DNA of 64,000 nucleotides, from NCBI RefSeq assembly GCF_009914755.1, contig NC_060945.1; one strand, 5' to 3'. Positions 53,180 through 64,000 of the stretch are shown in pieces. The notes under the pieces were generated by a model that had not been told where the DNA came from, did not search any database, and worked only from the letters and a program-made list of their open reading frames with translations. Numbering within the stretch: the first letter of the stretch is position 1; every line of letters starts with the position of its first letter. The stretch is from the human T2T-CHM13v2.0 reference genome, Homo sapiens. A program made the translations under genes and the position numbers.

Positions 53180-53510
53180 TTGCTGAGACTGGGAAATGAA
53201 CAGACAACAGAAATGGGTTGCTCACAATTCCGGAGGCAAGGATGTCCGAGATGGAGGCGCTGGGTTCTGTGTCTGGTGAGGGCTGCTCTCTGCTTCCAAG
53301 GGTGCCTTGTTACCGTGACCTCGAGCGGAGGAATACTGCGTCCTCTGCATCCTCGCGGAGCAGGCCGGAGGGCTCCCTTCAGCCTCCTGTGGAAGAGCAT
53401 TGGCCACCTCATCACCTCACAGAAGGCCCACCTCTTACTACTGCTGCGTTGGGGATTACGTTTCAACATGAATTTTCAGTGGCCTGCATGCAAGGCTACA
53501 CAGGCAATAG
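53180..53510 (-). mobile_element. MaLR LTR (MST/MLT1A-type)
   Basis: ctgagactggg...acaacagaaat...ctcacaattccggaggc...ttggggattacgtttcaacatgaatttt. Confidence 0.65.
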
Positions 53511-53512
53511 CT

Positions 53513-54068
53513 TGTGACCATGGTGGACAGACCCCACAGAGGCCCAGGGACCCCCACCTCAGCGTTGGAAGACCCCCTCCCTGGGGCTGTGGGAGGGGTC
53601 TATGAGTTGCTTCTGACCTGTAGGATGTGGCAAGGGGCCAGGATGTCACTCCCTGGCACTGCGTAAGGCTCCAGCTCCCCTGCTGGCACTGGTGAAGCAA
53701 GCAGCCATTTTGGGGCTGCCCTAGAATGGCCGCGGCGACTCTCTGCCTCTGGAGGTGGACTGCAGGCACCTCTCCGAGCGAGCTTGGGAGCCCCAGCTGA
53801 CAACCAGCCAACACCTGAAGCGCTCACTCCTGCAGCTGCAAGGAAATGAATTCTGCCAACAACCTGGGTGGGCCCAGAAGTGGGTTCTGCCCCAGTCCAG
53901 CCTCTGCACGGGAATGTGACCACCGGCTCCCCGATGGCAGCCTGGGAGACCCTGAAGAACAGAAGCCAGCTGAGCTGAGCCGACTCCTGACCCAGGAACC
54001 GTGAGTTAATACCTGGGTGCCGCTTCGGCTTCTATGCCTTCGGTCATTTGATACACGGCTGCAAAAGT
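53513..54068 (+). mobile_element. MaLR LTR (MLT1E/F-like)
   Basis: ggaaatgaattctgccaacaacctg...gcagcctgggagaccctga...actcctgaccca. Confidence 0.6.
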
Positions 54069-54886
54069 AAGGCAGTGGCCAGACACGTCACTGGCACTCC
54101 CTCCTGCTTCTGCCTTCTGTAAGCTCGTGGGCGGGTTGAGGTCAATGGGTGCTCCTGGGGTGGCAGGCATCCCCAGCAGGCTGGGCCTGTCCCCAGAGGC
54201 TCCTTGGCCCGTGTGACCTCGGATCAACACATCCCCCTGGCATGGGGCTGTCCATCTGAGAGCCTGCTTGGCACGAGAAAGTCTCTGGTGTTGAACGCCA
54301 TTTTCACAGTGAACAATGGGCCGGCATTCGTCCTAGAATAGGCAGTTTGGGTCTTGTGAAAATTTGACCATTTGCAAGTTTTTCCGAACGTTCTGTTTGA
54401 GAAGCATTGCACTGTCCATTGTTGACATCTCTGAAAATCTTACTGGGACCATGATTTTGTAAAATCAAGCTGCCTCGCCAACAGCTCCCTGTCACGGGCC
54501 ACAGGAAAAGACGCTGTCCTTACAAAGTCGAATTCATCCAGGCGGCCCTTGGATGGCACAGCGGAGCTTCTCTTGCTGTTTTAACTGTATCTTCTTTCCG
54601 TCCTTTGGTTTCCAGAATCCAAGTCTTCTTTCGTCTCATCATTTTCTTTTCCTTCTTTGCTGTCATTATAATTATCCGTATTTTCTTGGTAACAACTGCC
54701 AATCACAAATGATTCTTCTCTGTATTGTTGTGGTCGTGACCCTGGAGCTTCCGGCGTCCAGTGTCGGCAGCAGAGTTTTGCTGTGTTTTGCTCTGTTTTT
54801 AACGTTTTGAGGCCCCCTGATTTTGCTTCGTACATTTAGCCTCCAGTCAATTCCTTCCTGCTCATCGAGTCTGAATCATGGCATGA

Positions 54887-55278
<392 letters not shown>

Positions 55279-57575
55279 GCTCAGATGGGGTTTTAAACTC
55301 CAACTGCCTAATAGTACTCCAGTTACATACCACTGTATTCACATATGTAGGGATGTGGGGAGGGAGCTTTGTCACTGGAGTATTGATATTTGTCTCTTCA
55401 TGCCATTTGGCGTGCCGTGCATGAGTGCAGATTTGCCGCCATTTCATCCGGAACTGCCACTGTGTATGAGGACAAGACACAGCAGACGCAGCAGGTGTAC
55501 CGAGCTGTACTGAGCCCGTGGTCCCAGCAGGGTGTGTCTGCTCCGTGGAGCTGCAGGTGTGGCCCTCCCCACCCACTGCCTGTGTGATGGTGTGCTCAGC
55601 ACTACCGGCCCATTCCCCGGGGAGAGGGTTCTCCTGTGGCCACAGTGGGAATTCCATTGCTTGCTGACAGAGGCACATGGCTGAGGACTGAGGGAACTTC
55701 CCACCAACCGGCTTTCGTGCTGAACCGTTTGAACTTCATTCTCCTCCACGACCCGCATATCCTAAAGCCGGCAAGGCCGCTCTTTGCCTATCTCCTGAAC
55801 AGAGGTTGGGCTCTGGATGATCCATCTTCCTCCGGAGACTCTTTGTCCAACCCGCTGGCTCGCATTGGGATGGATCAACTTCATCTCACTGAAGTTGGGT
55901 AGGACTCCATGAGGCTTACTCTGCTCCCAGGTCACCCCCGCTTAGGGCACAGTGCCCAGGGCTGCCTCTGGGTGTCCACTGGTCCTTCCTCCTGGGTGGG
56001 TTTTGAACTTGACTTGTCGTCTGCCCAGCACCATTAGACCAGAGCTCTGTCCAGCTTTGAGCAGTTTTCTGCTGGTCTTCGTAGCCTTCTGTTGCATGAG
56101 GTTCACGAGCTGCAGATGCCTGGCTGAGCGAGCCAGTGGTACATGGTACTCCGGGTCCGCCGCCGCACCTCACGGGCCTCTCCTCTCTCCAGGACCCTAG
56201 CCCCTCTCCTGAGGCTGCTGCAGAAGCCCTCAAGCATCACAACAGATTTTTTAAAATTCAGCTTTTGAAATTGTACTTGGTGGGAATGTTTGTCTAAGTA
56301 AACGCCGTCACAGAAGTGCTGGCCCATGAACTCGAAGGCTTTCAAAGAATCTCATGGTTGATGTAAAAATCTCACGAGGCAGGAGCTTTCATTTTTTAAA
56401 ATTAATGTAATAGATATTCTAATACTTAGTAGACGAATAAACTGTTCTCAGGAACTGTGGCGACATCCAGTCAGTGGTCACCTCTTGTTCCTGGTGGACA
56501 TCACTTAGCACCAGTGCCGGCAGTTTTATAAAACAGAGGATAACGTCGTGGGACTGGCCGGCCTCAGAATTGCTCAGGGTTTGGACTCATGGAAATCCAA
56601 AGCACCCTGCAGCTCAGCCATGGGAGTTCACCTCCGACTCTGAGGATCTGAGGGAGGGAGGGAGGCCCTCTCCGGGGACCAATATTTGCCTCCACGTGGC
56701 TAAGGCCAGTGATGCAGGCTGTGCGGTGTGTTGACGGACTCGGGGAAGGTGGAGGAAGGAGGCCTGGGGGAGGGGCTCCTCTTACCCGGAGTTGCATGGG
56801 TGGATTTCAGGTTGACGGGGGCGGGGCTGCATTTTTAGGTGTTTCTACTGATAAGACCAAGGGTAGTTGGGAAAAAGCCCAGCACGTCAACAGCTCGACA
56901 GAGAGCAGCTCCCTGAGGTCGCCACCAGCTTCCCGTGGATGTTGATGATCTCATGTCCTCAGTCAACCCCGGAACCACAGAAGAGCACAGGGGGAGACCT
57001 GGGGAAAGGCAGACTCCACCGGGAGGTCGGGAAGCACAGTTCTCAGCCCTGCCCGGGCCCCCGTCCATCCTGCTTTGGAAGAGCACCTGGACTCTAGGAT
57101 GAGGAGACGAGGCAGCGTGGAGACTCACCGCCTCCGGAGGACAGGGAGGGAGGAGCCAGTCGCCGCAGGCACGGCCTGGACGTGCTGGGAGCCGCACTTG
57201 GTGTTGGCCGTTGGGCTGATGCTTGTCAGGAGCCCAGGACAAGCTCCGTGGCTTACCTGGGATGATCTCATGTTTCTCTGAGGTAAAGGTTCATGATGAG
57301 TTTTCCTGCACCATGAAATACGTCAAATAACAATTTCCACTTTCAATCCTCGAATGCACAACGCTATAAAAATATATAAAAACTACTTTGACAGGAGTAA
57401 AAAACGTCATGCTAAAAGGATTAAGAAGAGGTTTGTTGGTTGATGAAAGGACGTGTGGCTGTGGCGAGACCTGAAACACACCCCACGTGGGCGTGTGCAC
57501 TTCGCCCACTTCATGCCAAGTGCCGGCTGCTTTGTCGGCTTCGTTCAGCGTCACCCAGAGAATAACTTCTCTTTA

Positions 57576-57998
<423 letters not shown>

Positions 57999-60420
57999 CA
58001 GCGCCTGGCTGTGAGGATTCCCGAAGGCAGCACCACCCCTGAGCAGACCCGTCTGCCCCTCCGACCGTCATGCACCAGCCCCTCCCGGTGCCCTGTGTCG
58101 TCACATGATGCTTGTTGAGGAGCCCAGGCGTCCACCCCAGCGCCTCCTGGCATGACGCCGACCTCACTCCTTGGCCCCCGGAATTCCCACAGGTGGGAGG
58201 TGGTCACAGAAGCTTTGTCGATTCCGTTCTCTTTTTGGCAAGGACACTTCCAGGTGCCTCTGCACGGGCACTGACCCACAGGTGGGCACAGGGCCATGCT
58301 CCCAGCCTGGGCCTGATGGGCCGGGGTGCAACCACCGCCAGCATCTACCATGCTGTGAGTGGGCGGCGGTGACGCACCCACCTGGGAATGGCAGCGAGTG
58401 CCCGGAGTGCCGGATTCCCCCCGAGCTTTCACGTCTAAGGATTACGAGGAAGACCTGGACTACGTGCCTTTATGAGATGCCTCCTATGGGTCCCTGAGGC
58501 CGTCAGGTGCCACCTCACCCCTGCGTGTCCTGCGGAAACTGTGACCTGTGACTCCGGGGTGGGGTGGCCTTGGGGGCACCAGCAAGTGAAGGGTGCACCA
58601 GGGCACTGGGTTGGGGACCTTGCCCAGGACAACAGGCAGGGCTTGTCCAAAAGCCCCTGGCCCTGTTCCAACCCCCAGGAGGGTTCGAGCCCTTTCGAGG
58701 GTCCCATGCTGTGTCCAGAGCAGCCATGCACCCACCTTCTCCACCACAACACAGCCACCCTCCTTCTCCAGAGTGGCCTTTTACAAAGCACAATTACCAT
58801 TACCTCCTGAGTGAAACCTGTCCTCGGGGCGGAGACTGCCCCAGGCCTGGCCTCGTACACACACCCCTCCTGCCCGCCTCCCTCCCTCCAGCCCTGTTGG
58901 CACTGCCCCGTGGCAGCCTCCCGCAGCGGCCGCCTCCGGCTCTGCCTCCTCCAGGGTGCTGTGGCTCCTCCTCAAGGGAGGGCGGCTGGGGGAGGAGACG
59001 CCTCAGTACAGAAAAGCTCGCAGCTGTTGTTGGGTCTGATCCCACCTCTCCTGCTGTTTCCTGCCAGGACAGATGAGGAGTTAGCTCTCCACTTCCCACC
59101 ATGCCTGCCCCTCCTTCACAATCTTTGTTAATTATATTCTTACTCTGTTTCCATATTGAATAACTCACTTAAATTCTTACCATAAAAGATGACAAAGATA
59201 CACAAAAGTACAGAGAACCTAAATACCTGATATAATGCATAATTGTAAGACACACAATTATGTTTCTTCGTCAAGAAACAGAAAATACCCAGCCCCTGAC
59301 TCAGCTTCTAGAAGTAACCGGGCCCTCCCCGAGGTGTAGCCTGGGCCTGAACACACCTGCCCCGGGGGCAGAGCTGCTTTCTCTCCATCCCCTCTAACCG
59401 CCCTTCACAGCATCCTGAAGATTAAGGCTCCCTCCAGAGGTGGGAGGTGGTCTGGGCGTCCCTCCCCAGGCAGCACCAGGGGCTAAACCTCTCTTGGAGT
59501 TCACCCTGTCTTCCCCATGGGCACCTAGCGGGGTTCCTGGAGGCGGAGTCTGCAAAAAGATGGAACTTCCCTCTGTCTGCGGCTCCCAGGGACTCCACAC
59601 TTCCCTGAAGCTCACAGCCTTCAGCAGTTTGTTATAAAATTTCCAGTTCAACCATCTTGCCCTCCGTTGTGGCCTTCAGGTAAGAAAATGCCAGGACCCT
59701 GCAGGTGCCTGTCTCTGGGTTTCAGGTAAGAAAATGCCAGGACCCTGCAGCTGTCTGTCTCTGGATTTCGGGCTAGAGATTTGTCCTGTGACCTCGGTTC
59801 TCTGATGGGCTCAAGAAAAGTTGTTAATCTGCAGTTTGCACAGCTTGTTACTGAATGGAACTGGGGTCAGCCTGCCCAGCACAGAAAACCCAGCCCCGAC
59901 ATGGGGATTTGCAGCGAGAGAAAGCGAGGCGTTCAGTGCAGGGCACCAGGCAAGGAGAACCGGGCAACCCGTGCTTAAGACTGGCACTCTCTGACGGCTT
60001 CCGGCTCAGGGTTACTAAAAGCAGGAGGCAGAGGTCACGGGCAAAGCCAGAGATCAATACCTGGGGCTGCCCATTGGCTTCCCCTAAAGGGTGGGACGTC
60101 TCGAAGCCAGGGGCTACAGGTCATATTCTCTGATTCGTCATTGGTTAAGGAAGGGAAGGAAACTTTACCTGAAAACCCGGGGCCATCAGAAAGGAATGTT
60201 AGCTCTGGCCCATGGGCGTGACTTCCTCCAGGCCCCTCCGGAGGAAACTGAGGACAGAGAATGGTGGTCCCAGTTCAGTCCTCAGCACCCCCACCCCACC
60301 CGATGTCTGTGAGTGACGGGATCTTTTGTTTCTCTGGGGAGCCGAGCATTCGGTCTCTCACCTCCTTGGCTGTTGCTTTAAGCTGTTCTGACCTTCTTGC
60401 TTGTCACGTTGCTCACTGAC

Positions 60421-60788
60421 TTTTTTTTTAATTTTATTATCATTATACTTTAAGTTCTAGGGCACATGTGCACAACGTGCAGGTTTGTTACCTATGTATA
60501 CATGTGCCGTGTTGGTGCGCTGCACCCATTAACTCGTCATTTAGCACTAGGTATATCTCCTAATGCTATCCCTCCCCCCTCCCCCCACCCCACAACAGGC
60601 CCCGGTGTGTGATGTTCCCCTTCCTGTGTCCATCACTGTTCAATTCCCACCTATGAGTGAGAACATGCTGTGTTTGGTTTTTTGTCCTTGCGATAGTTTG
60701 CTGAGAATGATGGTTTCCAGCTTCATCCATGTCCCTACAAAGGACATGAACTCATCATTTTTTATGGCTGCATAGTATTCCATGGTGT
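60421..60788 (-). mobile_element. 5'-truncated L1PA 3' end
   Basis: Poly-T + ttatactttaagttctaggg..catgtgcacaacgtgcagg...atggctgcatagtattccatggtg. Confidence 0.92.
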
Positions 60789-61101
60789 TTTTTAAAGCCA
60801 GCGACGTGCCTGGAATTTCCCCCGAAGGGACTCAAGATTTCCCTCGACTTCTGTGTTTGGGGCCCTGCTCCATCTCGAGTTTTCTCTTGTTACTGTACTG
60901 TTCCTTCCAGCTCGACACATCTCCGGGCTGAATCCCAAGCTATTGATTTTTAATTTCATCTTGTATCTGGCAAGTTTGCTAAATTGTCTTTGGCTGGTGA
61001 TTCTGATGGTTTCTGTGGCTGGATTATGTCACCTGCAGATGACAGCCGTCTCTCTTCCCTTCCAATCTTTGCATTTCTTTCTTTCTCTTTCTACACTTAG
61101 C

Positions 61102-61585
61102 CGTGGTAGGAATAACGCTCAAAATCCTAAGGAAATTGAACACTCAAAGGATTCTTAGCAAAGCAGTTTTACTTCTGCGCAGAGGGGTGCCTCCTTGGCC
61201 AGTCGCCATGAGAGTACATCTGAACAAAGGGGCACGAGAGCCTTTCTTCCTGCCACAAGTCCTGCCCCTGCCCCCGTGCCCTTTCCCCATCGGCCGGGGT
61301 CGGGTTGTACAATCTAATCCCGGTTGGCTGAACATTTGAATTTTTTTAGATAAGGTGAGCACGTAAAAGAGAGGAAAGGGGAAGGGGTGTCTGTAGTGAG
61401 CTAGAAAGTTAGTCCTCTTTCCAAATAAGGACAGGAATGTGAGCTGGTACTGATAATGCCTGGTACTGTGGCATGCCTGGGCATCTAACAAAGGCAGAAA
61501 GGAAAAAGGAAAAAACCGTGTGAGGGGTACTCTGAATTAAAAGATTGATCAGGCTATTTGAAGAGAAACCTCGCCATATCCCACA
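61102..61585 (-). mobile_element. Solo ERV LTR (LTR10-like)
   Basis: Minus strand begins tgtgggatatggcgaggtttctcttcaaa; family assignment is from memory. Confidence 0.6.
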
Positions 61586-61923
61586 GCCAGGACATCCAGT
61601 AATAAAACTTGAAATTAGGCAACTTTCCCTCTGTCCTCACTTTGCTAAGAGTTTGTATCACTAATGGGTATTGAACCTTGTGGGATGTGCTTTCTGCATT
61701 GGCCGAGATGTTTTTCTCCGTTTAGCCTGTGACTATGGTGGGCTACACGACAGACCTCCCAATGCATGTGCGTCACATTCACAGACAAGCGTTGCTTGAT
61801 CACGTGTGGTTTTAAAAGCATACGCTGTTGGGTTTGGCAAGCTAATATTTTATTTAGGATATTTTCCTTCACGGGCCTGCTATTTGTTTCATTGTTTTGT
61901 GCCAAGCGCACCGGGAATGGTAC

Positions 61924-62556
61924 CGAGGCAGGCCAGGTCTCACTCACACAGGCCCCCGGGAACAACTGTTTCCACACCGACTGAGGGATGAGGATAAATA
62001 TTAAAAGCTGATAGAGCCAGCGCCCTTATGCAAAGGCTGGACTGTAAAAGACGTCCCCTGAGAGTTTTGCCCAGGCCTCTCCAGGGCCTTGAAGCATGAC
62101 AAGATAATGAAGGAATTCTTAACAGGACCTGTTTAGGATTAAACAAGTTTTACTGGGGTCTGAAGAAACTCCCCAGACCTCCACAAACAAGCTTCCTTGG
62201 AAACTAAAGGAGCTCCCTCAACCTCCGTGATTTAGCAGAGGGCAAGATAAGGGTGATCACCCCAGCACCTGGACCCAGTTAGATTCAGTAAATCCACTGA
62301 GGCTCCAGAGGAAGGTCTTCAGGACTCAGGCCTTAGTGATAGATGAGAAGTTCATCACTTATGTCTTTGGATGAGTGCACACTTACACGCAGACACAGAG
62401 CTTAGAAGGCACACAAGCTCTGGAAAACGTTGGTCTGGCGATAATTTCCAGGCCTTCTCCCTGTAACCGGTTAACTCACTCCTCTCCCAGTTCATCTGCG
62501 TCTCGTTACTGGGCCGAGAGAACAAGCAGCCCCACCCTCGGTTTGGTCTGGGAACA
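61924..62556 (+). mobile_element. Solo ERV LTR (family not assigned)
   Basis: cgaggcaggccaggtctcact...gtttggtctgggaaca with gtac/gcac 4-bp TSD-like flanks. Confidence 0.6.
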
Positions 62557-63088
62557 GCACCCAGCAGCTGAGCAGGCAAAAGCTCGGATTATCTTTAGCT
62601 GGTTTTGGAATTGGCTTATACCAGCCTTTTGCCCCTTCTCTAAGTTCTGGGACAGTTTGTCTAAGTTAAGCTTGAGCAGTTCCTTGAGTTTGGCAGAGTC
62701 TACCTGGGAAGCCTGGGGCAGGCGCGCGCTGGCCTCTTCCGGGGTCAGCTCTGGCATTTTATTTTTTCTTGAAACGATCTGGGAATTCAAACTTTCTGAA
62801 TGCAGCTGCTCATAACGTTCTTGTGATTTCTTTGATCCCTCTGTCTGCAGTTATTTCTGTATTTTCAGTCTCTATTTTTATTTATATTTTCCTCTTTTTT
62901 TGCTCAATATTGTCAAAATCAATATATCTTTTCAAAGTATGATCCTTGGTTTTTGCTACTCATATTATTTTATTGTTCTCTATTTCATTGATTTCTGCCA
63001 GTATCTTTGTCATTTCCCTTTTTCTTATTACTTTGGGATCATTTTGTTACATTGCTGTTTTTTCCAATTATTTCATTTGTATGATTAG

Positions 63089-63950
<862 letters not shown>

Positions 63951-64000
63951 TATTGAAAATGTATTTATGACTGTATATTTCTAGGTACTCTTAACTGTGT

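Overview
This is GC-rich primate, almost certainly human, genomic DNA. It contains the 3' part of PCBP3 (poly(rC)-binding protein 3; 21q22.3 by recognition) on the + strand. Thirteen coding exons (774-49820) splice by GT-AG into an intact three-KH-domain protein; the first codons lie upstream of the window. The 3'UTR ends near AATAAA at 50545. The introns carry many minisatellites (59, 26/46, ~30, 48, 66 and 32 bp units), a decayed antisense class I ERV provirus with a nested MLT1 LTR, and Alu, L1, MaLR and Tigger remnants. The last 13 kb is intergenic, with LTR, Alu and L1 debris. The very long ORFs in the track are tandem-repeat artefacts. I found no new protein-coding system. The best leads are regulatory hypotheses: sense-strand C-rich arrays inside a poly(C)-binder's own pre-mRNA, a candidate KH3-less terminal exon built on a VNTR, microexons that split the KH1 GXXG loop, and a 54-copy VNTR dense in CpG and HRE motifs.
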